Part shown: piece by piece, positions 56,485-64,000 of the stretch | Layout of the letters: every line of letters begins with the position of its first letter | Numbering within the stretch: position 1 is the stretch's first letter | DNA from: an uncultured delta proteobacterium | Lineage (GTDB): Bacteria; Myxococcota_A; Polyangia; Polyangiales; Houyiibacteriaceae | Direction of reading: 5' to 3' | DNA length: 64,000 nt | Assembly: GCA_963699755.1 (NCBI GenBank) | Contig: CAVOVB010000003.1 | Span: 320,001 to 384,000, forward strand | Position numbers and translations under genes: made by a program | Notes under the pieces: model-generated | Seen by the model: the letters and a program-made list of their open reading frames with translations, nothing else | Told to the model about the DNA's origin: nothing | Databases searched by the model: none

Positions 56485-58144
56485 CCGATTCCTCACTGGT
56501 CGGCAGCGTGACTCGGAAGCAAGTGCCAGCGCCATCGCGATCGATGATCTCGATTCGCCCCTTGTGCTGATCGACGATCTGCTTGACCAGGGCGAGCCCG
56601 AGACCCACTCCGTGCGGTCGACCGGAATAGAACATGTCGAAGAGACGCTCGCGCTGCGCAGCCTCGATCCCTGGACCTTGGTCGGCAACCTCGAGGAAGG
56701 CGCGATCTCTGTGATCGCGTCCTGTGCGAACCTCGACCTTTCCACGGTGAGGCGAGGCCTGAACTGCGTTCTTGACGAGGTTCCAGACGACCTGCCGGAT
56801 CTGATCCGGATCGACGAAGGCGATGACGGGATCCTCTGGTTCGATCTCCTCGAGCTCCAAGTCATTGCTAAGAGTCGCTGCGCCACGGGCGACCGCGACC
56901 ACTTCGCTCGCGATTGGTCGCAGGTCCAGCTCCTCGGTTTGAAGCGCACTTGGCCGCCCGATCTGGAGCATCGTGGTAACGAGAGAGTTCAGTCGCTCGA
57001 CTTCCGAGATCACGATGCCGAGCAAGCGCGCGTCCTCCTCGCTCAGCGCATTCCCATCGCGAACCATCTCGACCGAGCCCGAAATCGAGCTCAAAGGGTT
57101 GCGGATCTCGTGCGCCAAACCGGTCGCAAGCTGTCCAAGAGCGGCAAAGCGCTGTGCCCGCTCCGCCTGTTCTCGAAGCGTCTTGATCTCGGTCAAGTCC
57201 TGAAATGCCAGGAGCAAGCCGGACCGCTGCCCATCCGCGTCCAACAGAGAGCTCAGTGTGTACCCCATCGGAAACTCGGTGCCATCGGCGCGCTTTCCAA
57301 TCGTGTCCGCCCGTTTCGGCGGCTCACTGAGAGGACGAGCGGCATACTTGGGTAGCACCCTGGAAAGGGGCTGCCCAAGGAGCGAGCCTCCAGGGTCTCG
57401 GAGGATCTCGCGAGCCGCGCGGTTGACCCCGAGGATGTATCCGTCGTCGCCCGCCGTAATGAGGCCTGATGCAATCGAACGGACGATGTCATCGTTGAGT
57501 CGCATCAGCCGCGCGGCACTCTGCTGCGCTTCGATGAGGCGTGCGCCTGCCAGCTGCGCGCGCCGTGCGAGGTTCGTCGCAAGCAGTGCGACTGCGGTGA
57601 TGCCCACCATGTTACTCACCAGGGCCAGTTGAAAGTCGCGTGAGCTGAGTAGGTATTGGCTCAGGGGCTGGTCAGGAGGAGGCGGAAGCCAGCCGACGTT
57701 GAGCGCGAGCGCCTGGAGGAAGTAGCAGGCGAGGCTCGCGGCCGCGGTGTAGTACGCGGCGCCGGTCCCGAGGGTGAGTGCTGCTGTGAGAATCTGTGCG
57801 CCGTAGAGGAACGAGAAAATACTTCCCGCGCCGCCGGTCAAATACACCAGGCCTGTGATGAGCAGGACGTCCAAGGTCGTGATGGCCGCGGCAACCCTGT
57901 TCTCGCGACGTCCGACGAGGAGCCATACGCCGAACAAGATCGATGAGGCGTAGATCGCCGAAATCAGGATTAGCAGGAAGGTGGGCGTGAATCGCCCATA
58001 GCGAATTGCTTCGAGCGCCAGGTACATGGTGGCACCGAGCAGAATGGTTGCGATGATCAGTCGCGCTCCGAGAACCCACTGCAGCCGTCGATTCGAGTTG
58101 AACTCTTCGCGATCGACAGTCGGATTCTCTTCGGGTTGATTCAC
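56429..58144 (-). CDS. pilS: PilS-type sensor histidine kinase (multi-TM, PAS, HisKA, HATPase)
   Basis: About 6 TMs, PAS with FQDLT, LAHEIRNPL, WNLVKNA, DQGPG, GVGLGL; directly downstream of pilC. Confidence 0.8.
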   Translation of the reverse strand: MNQPEENPTVDREEFNSNRRLQWVLGARLIIATILLGATMYLALEAIRYGRFTPTFLLILISAIYASSILFGVWLLVGRRENRVAAAITTLDVLLITGLVYLTGGAGSIFSFLYGAQILTAALTLGTGAAYYTAAASLACYFLQALALNVGWLPPPPDQPLSQYLLSSRDFQLALVSNMVGITAVALLATNLARRAQLAGARLIEAQQSAARLMRLNDDIVRSIASGLITAGDDGYILGVNRAAREILRDPGGSLLGQPLSRVLPKYAARPLSEPPKRADTIGKRADGTEFPMGYTLSSLLDADGQRSGLLLAFQDLTEIKTLREQAERAQRFAALGQLATGLAHEIRNPLSSISGSVEMVRDGNALSEEDARLLGIVISEVERLNSLVTTMLQIGRPSALQTEELDLRPIASEVVAVARGAATLSNDLELEEIEPEDPVIAFVDPDQIRQVVWNLVKNAVQASPHRGKVEVRTGRDHRDRAFLEVADQGPGIEAAQRERLFDMFYSGRPHGVGLGLALVKQIVDQHKGRIEIIDRDGAGTCFRVTLPTSEESVRPPSRAQIDGHQDPRPA

Positions 58145-59352
58145 TCCGCTTTGACTTTGCCCGCGATCGAGAAGATCGGCAGGTACATCGAAATCAGAAT
58201 AACGCCGACGATGCCGCCGATGAATACCATCATCAACGGCTCGAGAAGCGAGGTGAGGGCTGCAACCGCAATATCGACCTCTTCTTCGTAGAAGTCCGCG
58301 ATCTTGTTGAGCATCGTGTCGAGCGCGCCTGTCTGCTCGCCGACACCGATCATCTGCACGACCATTGGCGGAAAGACGTTGGTTTCCATGAGGGGCTCGG
58401 CCATCGTTCGGCCCTCGCGGATCTTATCCGACGTTTGTTGGATCGCAGCTTCGACGACCACGTTGCCCGCCGATTTCTTCACGACATCGAGGGCGTCGAG
58501 AATCGGGACGCCTGCCGATAGCAGGGTGCCTAGCGTCCTGGTGAACCTCGCGACCGAGATCTTTCGCATCACCGGACCGAGGATGGGAAGGACCAGAAGC
58601 GCTCTGTGGAAGAAGTGTTTGCCGGCTGGTTGTCGGTAGATCCAAGTGACGCCGAACACGATCCCGGCAGCCCCCAAGACGACCCAGTGGACGTTGGCGA
58701 TGAAGCCCTCTGACGCTGCTATGACTAGCTGGGTGAGGCCAGGCAGCTCTTCCTCAGCACCGAACTCTGCAAACATTCCCTTGAAGCTGGGAATGACCCA
58801 GGCAAGCATGACCACCACGACAATCATCGCCACGATGAAGATAGCGATCGGATAGACCATCGCGCCGCGAACTTGCCGCGCTAGCTTGACCCGCTTCTCG
58901 ATATACCCAGCGAGACGATCGAGAATCGTGTCGAGGATACCGCCCATTTCGCCGGCGCGGACCAGGTTGACGAAGAGCTCGTCGAACAGCTTGGGATGTC
59001 TCGCGAGGCCTTCCGAGAAGGTGCCACCTTGCTCGACGTAGTCCTTCACGTCTTTGAGGATCGTATTGAGCGCCTTGTTCTCGCCACGACTCGAGAGAAT
59101 GTCCAAACACTGAACGAGCGGCAGGCCAGCGTCAATCATCGTCGCGAACTGGCGCGTGAAGATGACCAACTCCTTTGCGTCGACACCAGTGCCGAACGAC
59201 AGATTGATCTGCCGTCCCTTCTTCTTGATCTTGACGGGGTTGAGCTGGCGCGCACGCAGCCGCGACTGCACGGCTTCCTTGCTGTCCGCCTCGATGATCC
59301 CTGTTTGGACTTCGCCCGCGCGGGTGCGCGCTTCGTATACCCACTCGGCCAT
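58141..59352 (-). CDS. pilC: Type IV pilus inner-membrane platform protein (GspF family)
   Basis: FTRQFATMIDAGLPLVQ, GEMGGILD, AMVYP, GEQTGALD, LLEP, MYLPIF. Confidence 0.92.
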   Translation of the reverse strand: MAEWVYEARTRAGEVQTGIIEADSKEAVQSRLRARQLNPVKIKKKGRQINLSFGTGVDAKELVIFTRQFATMIDAGLPLVQCLDILSSRGENKALNTILKDVKDYVEQGGTFSEGLARHPKLFDELFVNLVRAGEMGGILDTILDRLAGYIEKRVKLARQVRGAMVYPIAIFIVAMIVVVVMLAWVIPSFKGMFAEFGAEEELPGLTQLVIAASEGFIANVHWVVLGAAGIVFGVTWIYRQPAGKHFFHRALLVLPILGPVMRKISVARFTRTLGTLLSAGVPILDALDVVKKSAGNVVVEAAIQQTSDKIREGRTMAEPLMETNVFPPMVVQMIGVGEQTGALDTMLNKIADFYEEEVDIAVAALTSLLEPLMMVFIGGIVGVILISMYLPIFSIAGKVKAE

Positions 59353-59426
59353 GAATTCTCCGCCCGATCCCCTCTGGGCCTTTCAAAATCCTAGCTGATC
59401 TGGGATCGCATGGTCAAAAGCCAGGC

Positions 59427-61046
59427 CTAATTTCGGTATGGGTTCCGAATCTCGATCTCGACGGGCTTGGCCTCAGGCGCTCGGGCGGGAGGCTTCTGAG
59501 CCTCCGCGTTCACTGGTTTTTTCGCCTCCGGATGCGGAGCTGGCTCGGGCTGGCGGGTCCGGCGCGGTCGCTTTTCGCCCGGTCGCGCGGCCGTTGCGCT
59601 GCTCTTTCGTTCCGGTGCTGGCTTCGCCTGGAGCGACGGGGCTGGACTCGGTTTCGAGCTTGGAGCGCCTGCAGTCGTCTTGGCCGCCGCGGCCTCCGAA
59701 GCTTCTGGCTCGGGCTCCGCGGGAGCCAGCGGCTCCTTCACCAAGGCCTGGTCTCTTTGGAGAGCTGGCGCGGGTGCTGCAGGCGGCCGAAGAAGCTGAA
59801 AGACCAAGAAGCCGGCGTACATGAACACCACGATCGCGAGCGCCATCACGAACCACTTCAACGAGTCGGACTCCGAGGTGTGCCGGACGAGGACGGGCGT
59901 GCCGTCGCTCAGAACCCCCGACACGGTTCCATGAACATGGGATCCAGTGCTCCCATGCGACATATAGGTCTGGCTGTCGGCGGGGGTTCCCTCACGGGGC
60001 ATCGGAATGATCGACGTGCCGATGTCCGTGCTGCCAAGCATTTTAATGGCATCGCGAATCCGCTCGCGCTCCTCCTGGAGCTTCTCGGCGTCCAGCTCGC
60101 GAACGACGTCGGCCACCTGGCGCGTCTTGGCGATGTGGACCGGGCCAGCCGCTTCTTCGATTGCTTCGGCGAGGTCCTCGGCGCTTTGAAAACGGCTTTC
60201 GGGATCCCGGCTCAGCGCCTTCATGACAACATCATCGAAGCGTTGGAGGTCGGGCCAGAGCTGAGACGGCTTGATGACCTCGTCGTTCAGCAATTTGTTG
60301 AGTGTAGCGCCGTTCGATTCACCCTTGAAAAGGCGTCTGCCGGTCAGCGACTCCCAAAGAATGATTCCCACACTGAAGAGATCAGAGCGCTGGTCTGTCG
60401 AGTTCGACGAAGCCTGCTCAGGCGCCATGTAGGACAGCTTGCCCTTGAACTGGCCGGCCCGCGTCGACGCCATGCGTACGTCTGCCTTCGCGACACCGAA
60501 GTCGGTGAGTCGAGCGATCCCGTCGGTTCCAACCAGGATGTTGTGCGGCGATACGTCGCGGTGGACGAGCTTGAGAGGCTTTCCTCCCTCGTCGCTGAGA
60601 CGGTGCGCGGCGCCCAAGCCCTGGAGGGTATCGATCAGGACCCGGCAGACAAACGGCTGTGGCAGCCGCTCTCCGCGCTTTGCAGCGCGTCCGAGAAGGG
60701 CGCCGAGGTGATTGCCCTCGATATACTCCATTACCAGGAAGTAGCCGTCGCCCGGGCTGTCGCTGATGTCGAGCGTGGGCACCACGTGCATGTGGCGAAT
60801 CCGAGCCGCAAGCCGTGCCTCGTCCAGAAACATTGAAATGAATTCCTGCTCGTATGCCAGGTGAGGGTGAAGCATTTTGATCGCCACGAGCCGTTCGAAG
60901 CCCGCAACGCCTTGCGCGCGCGCCGCGTACACCGACGCCATTCCGCCTGATGCCAACTGCGTCAAAATCTCGTAGCGGCCAAGTTGCCGGCCACTCATGG
61001 GCCGGGAAGGCGGCAATGATCCTCGAGAGTTGGCCGGGGCGTTCAT
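59427..61046 (-). CDS. Membrane-bound Hanks-type Ser/Thr protein kinase
   Basis: GGMASV, VAIK, HRDVSPHN, DFG, YMAPE, SDLFS; TM; Pro/Ala-rich tail ending IRNPY. Confidence 0.92.
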   Translation of the reverse strand: MNAPANSRGSLPPSRPMSGRQLGRYEILTQLASGGMASVYAARAQGVAGFERLVAIKMLHPHLAYEQEFISMFLDEARLAARIRHMHVVPTLDISDSPGDGYFLVMEYIEGNHLGALLGRAAKRGERLPQPFVCRVLIDTLQGLGAAHRLSDEGGKPLKLVHRDVSPHNILVGTDGIARLTDFGVAKADVRMASTRAGQFKGKLSYMAPEQASSNSTDQRSDLFSVGIILWESLTGRRLFKGESNGATLNKLLNDEVIKPSQLWPDLQRFDDVVMKALSRDPESRFQSAEDLAEAIEEAAGPVHIAKTRQVADVVRELDAEKLQEERERIRDAIKMLGSTDIGTSIIPMPREGTPADSQTYMSHGSTGSHVHGTVSGVLSDGTPVLVRHTSESDSLKWFVMALAIVVFMYAGFLVFQLLRPPAAPAPALQRDQALVKEPLAPAEPEPEASEAAAAKTTAGAPSSKPSPAPSLQAKPAPERKSSATAARPGEKRPRRTRQPEPAPHPEAKKPVNAEAQKPPARAPEAKPVEIEIRNPYRN

Positions 61047-62029
61047 CAGAAGCGGCCCTTGAGCGTCAGGAGTCCGCCCTTGTTGCTGAATCCGACGGCC
61101 GGTTCGACGCGTTTGGCGGCTTCTCGCGATTCGCCCTTCCAGTTGGTGAAGACACCGAGAACCGCAGTGGTGGCTGCCATTGCAGCAGTGACACCGATGA
61201 GAATGTTCGTGCGGCGTTCTTTCTTGCGGCCTTCTTCCAGAAGTGATTCGGCAAGCTCCGCAGGCGTGGGAGACGAACCGTTGTTGATGCCCGGCGAGTT
61301 GGCCGTTCGCGCGGCACTCTCATAGGCGCCTACGCCCTTGTTCGCGTCGATCCCCGACCAGACCGTGACCGCGCCCATGGCGACGGTCGCGCCGAGCGAC
61401 GAGAAGAAGCCCCAGCGCGGTACGGGGGGTGGAGGTGGCGGCGCTGGCGCGGCGAGCATGAGCTCCTTGGTCTCGCCCGCTCCGCCTTGCACGTAGGTAG
61501 ACGTCTCACCATCGTCGAACGCGGCCTTGAGCGAGTGCTCCACGTCAGGGGTTGTGAAGAACGTCGAGTGTTGGAGCAATGCCCCATCGAGCTCGAGCGT
61601 GCACTCCTCTTCACATCGAGCCGTCACCAGGACATTCAAGGGCAGCATGGCTTCGATCACCGCGTTCGCGGCCTTGGTCCCGCGCTGATCCGCTGGATAG
61701 TTGTCGCGCAACTGCAGCGAGAGGTTCGCCGCGCGAAGCGAGTTGCCTGCCTTCTGGTGCGCGCGCACCGCCTGGAGCAACGCGGTCGAAGTCGGCACCA
61801 AGCGGTATGCTCGCTCGAACCAATGTGCTGCAAGCTCGTAGCGACCAGAAAGATAGGCCGAGGTGGCCTGGTCGTACGCCTCCGCCGCTTCTGCTCGAGC
61901 TCGAACCGAAACCTCCCCTGCGCGTGAAGACGGCGCGTCGGCTGTGGCTACGGCGGAAGATAGCAGTCCGAGGCTGCAAACGACTGGCGCCACCCAGCCT
62001 CGGCCTATGGTCGTGCGTCCCATCAGCAA
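61046..62029 (-). CDS. Secreted TPR/PEGA-like protein with C-terminal membrane segments and beta-signal-like end
   Basis: Signal peptide; TPR helices (YELAAHWFERAY); LELDG; two hydrophobic segments; ends LLTLKGRF; stop overlaps the kinase start. Confidence 0.65.
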   Translation of the reverse strand: MLMGRTTIGRGWVAPVVCSLGLLSSAVATADAPSSRAGEVSVRARAEAAEAYDQATSAYLSGRYELAAHWFERAYRLVPTSTALLQAVRAHQKAGNSLRAANLSLQLRDNYPADQRGTKAANAVIEAMLPLNVLVTARCEEECTLELDGALLQHSTFFTTPDVEHSLKAAFDDGETSTYVQGGAGETKELMLAAPAPPPPPPVPRWGFFSSLGATVAMGAVTVWSGIDANKGVGAYESAARTANSPGINNGSSPTPAELAESLLEEGRKKERRTNILIGVTAAMAATTAVLGVFTNWKGESREAAKRVEPAVGFSNKGGLLTLKGRF

Positions 62030-62072
62030 GATTCCACCGTTAACGATAGTAAAAATCCTGGGGGAAGCCGAA

Positions 62073-63200
62073 TCAAGCGCCGGTGCGAATGGCCTGGTGG
62101 TAGCCCCTCTTATCCAGTTGATCGAGCATTAGGCGGAATTCGTCGGGTTCCGGGGACCGAAGCGTGGCGATGTCACGGTCCACGGCCCCATGGGCCACCA
62201 GGTGCAGGAGGGACTGATTCATCGTCTGCATGCCCGAAGTGCCCTGACCGGTCTGCATGATTCCGTACATCTGGTGGACTTTGTCCTCGCGTATCAGATT
62301 CCGAATCGCGACGTTCGGCACCATCGCTTCGCAGGCCATCGCGCGACCGGGCCCATCACCGCGCGGAAGGAGCATCTGGCTGAGGACGCCTTGAAGGACG
62401 AACGACAACTGCGCGCGAATCTGACTCTGCTGGCCGGAAGGGAAAACGTCGATGATGCGGTTGATCGATTGTACGGCGGTGTTCGTGTGCAGCGTCGCGA
62501 ATACGAGGTGACCCGTCTCGGAAATGGTGAGCGCCGCTTCGATCGTCTCCAAATCTCGCATCTCGCCGACTAGCACGACGTCGGGGTCCTGACGTAGGAC
62601 GTACTTCAGCGCGTCCTTGAAGCCGGCAGTGTCGGAGCCGACCTCCCGCTGGTTCACCACGCAGAGCTTGTTGGAGTGAAGGAACTCGATCGGATCCTCG
62701 ACGGTCACGATATGATGACGATGTTCGCTGTTGATCTTGTCGATCATCGAGGCGAGCGTGGTCGATTTTCCGGAACCCGTCGGCCCAGTGACCAAGACCA
62801 GGCCACGTGGTCGCGTGCAGAGCTCTGCGACGACCGGGGGTACGCCGAGCTCGCTCAGCGGACGAATCTCGAACGGGATCGCGCGGAACGCACCCGATAC
62901 CGCACCACGTTGCAAAAAGACGTTGGCTCGGAATCGCGACAATGACTTCACGCCGAACGAGAAGTCGATCTCATGCCCTTTTTCGAAGCGCAAACGCTGA
63001 TCTTCGGTCATCACCTCGTAGCACAGTGCCTTGCTCTCGCGCGGCTTCAGAGGAGGAGTGCGCAGCGGCATGAGAGATCCGTCGATGCGCAATTGTGGAG
63101 GGGAACCCGTCGTGATGTGCAAATCGGAGGCGCCGCGTTCGACCATGAGTCGAAGCAACTGCCGAAGGGTGAGTGTGGGTGCTTGCTGAGGTGCCGCCAT
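62073..63200 (-). CDS. pilT: Type IV pilus retraction ATPase
   Basis: ASDLH, RFRAN, GPTGSGKSTT, VGEMRD, intact His box ETGHLVFATLHT, AIRNLIRE motif. Confidence 0.95.
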   Translation of the reverse strand: MAAPQQAPTLTLRQLLRLMVERGASDLHITTGSPPQLRIDGSLMPLRTPPLKPRESKALCYEVMTEDQRLRFEKGHEIDFSFGVKSLSRFRANVFLQRGAVSGAFRAIPFEIRPLSELGVPPVVAELCTRPRGLVLVTGPTGSGKSTTLASMIDKINSEHRHHIVTVEDPIEFLHSNKLCVVNQREVGSDTAGFKDALKYVLRQDPDVVLVGEMRDLETIEAALTISETGHLVFATLHTNTAVQSINRIIDVFPSGQQSQIRAQLSFVLQGVLSQMLLPRGDGPGRAMACEAMVPNVAIRNLIREDKVHQMYGIMQTGQGTSGMQTMNQSLLHLVAHGAVDRDIATLRSPEPDEFRLMLDQLDKRGYHQAIRTGA

Positions 63201-63207
63201 GTGCCCA

Positions 63208-63216
63208 AGCATATCA
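63208..63216 (-). promoter_or_regulatory. Extended -10 element, possibly leaderless
   Basis: Minus strand TG-A-TATGCT, then 7 nt to ATG 63200; no SD. Confidence 0.45.
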
Positions 63217-63235
63217 GAGCAAGACGCGATCCGCC

Positions 63236-64000
63236 CTAAACGCTGCGGCGGGCCCACGGGCCTCGCCGCAGCCAGTCCTGCCGTCGGTACTGTGAGCCAA
63301 TGATCTTAGCGACCGAGGTTGCGGCGAGAAAGGAACCTTCAAAACCGAGTCCGGGCGCCACCTGTTCGTTGCACAAGAATACCCCCCGAACCGGGGTACG
63401 TGTAGGCAGGGCACACACGCCGAGCGCTCGTCGAGTCGGGTACTCGTAAACGGCGCGCATCGAGTGCGGACCTCTTGTCCAGGGGTCGCTGCACGGAAGT
63501 TCGGTGTCAGCGCGAAACGCCCGGGGAGGCAAGCCGTCATGTGGGCTGTCCACCCAGATCGCATGCTCGTCGAAAAACGGAACCACTTTGCGGATCGTCT
63601 CCAGGGCTTCTTCGCGGACGAAACGAAGAGGTGATGATCCCGTATCGATCAAATGCTCTTCGACCAATCGGCTCGCCGTGAGCAGCAGCCGGTCGCCCTC
63701 CAAGTCGCGACGCCGTAGCAAAAATGCCTGGCTTGGATCGGTTGCGCTCGGACACTGCAATGCAAGAGGTTCGAGGGCGTCCGGAATGCCCCGCTTGTAG
63801 GCGAGGAAGTGAACCGAGCAACGGTACGCGCGTGCGCGCGGTTCCCCGACCCGCTCGAACATGGGTGCGAGCGACCCCCGTTCTGGTAGCAGTTGCGAGA
63901 GCTCGCTGATCGGTGTGCCATGCACGATCTCTGTGCAGCCGATCTCTTCGTCGGTCCGCATGAGCCGAATGTGATGGCGGCTGCGACCCGCGTGACGAAT
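63236..64000 (-). CDS. Partial (3' end) putative FAD-dependent oxidoreductase, phytoene-desaturase-like
   Basis: Frame is open to the window edge; C-terminal TPVRGVFLC...PGLGFEGSFLAA resembles the desaturase-family terminus. Confidence 0.5.
   Translation of the reverse strand: MRHAGRSRHHIRLMRTDEEIGCTEIVHGTPISELSQLLPERGSLAPMFERVGEPRARAYRCSVHFLAYKRGIPDALEPLALQCPSATDPSQAFLLRRRDLEGDRLLLTASRLVEEHLIDTGSSPLRFVREEALETIRKVVPFFDEHAIWVDSPHDGLPPRAFRADTELPCSDPWTRGPHSMRAVYEYPTRRALGVCALPTRTPVRGVFLCNEQVAPGLGFEGSFLAATSVAKIIGSQYRRQDWLRRGPWARRSV

Noticed and set aside
59405..59425. Possible sigma54 promoter upstream of pilC (TGGC...TGC on the minus strand)
   Set aside because: GG-to-GC spacing is 11 nt rather than the required 10
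1..64000. Mobile elements, prophage, anti-phage defence genes, structural RNAs
   Set aside because: No transposase, integrase, phage, Cas or restriction-type motifs, and no tRNA- or rRNA-like sequence recognised; intergenic gaps are short

Overview
This is a gene-dense, GC-rich bacterial chromosomal window with about 56 CDS. The gene repertoire points to a myxobacterium (Myxococcota, inferred): three PilT-family ATPases, a pilT-pilC-pilS remnant, Hanks-type Ser/Thr kinases, FHA, TPR and GYF/AgmX-like proteins, and an atypical Hsp70/J-protein pair. Housekeeping genes include gyrA, lon, hisBHAF, trpGDC, pyrF, rlmB, manC/pmm, uppP and a DEAD-box helicase. The first ~12.5 kb is accessory and envelope-related: a K+ channel, MscS, a DUF3604-PpiC-HupE/UreJ triad, two FadL-like barrels and two paralogous lipoproteins. 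I found no rRNA, tRNA, CRISPR array, transposase, integrase or prophage gene. Main observations: (1) a PfkA homolog lacking its catalytic aspartates, probably a pseudo-enzyme; (2) a tandem PilT pair with complementary His-box losses facing a pseudokinase-GYF-TM-AgmX-like fusion; (3) an unannotated 46-aa membrane peptide just after a two-component operon; (4) recurrent sigma70-like -10 boxes 6-7 nt before start codons, suggesting leaderless mRNAs; (5) a kinase/TPR pair inserted between pilT and pilC; (6) an Hsp70 with a ~200-aa insert in its allosteric linker. All family assignments come from recognising motifs by eye; no database search was run.
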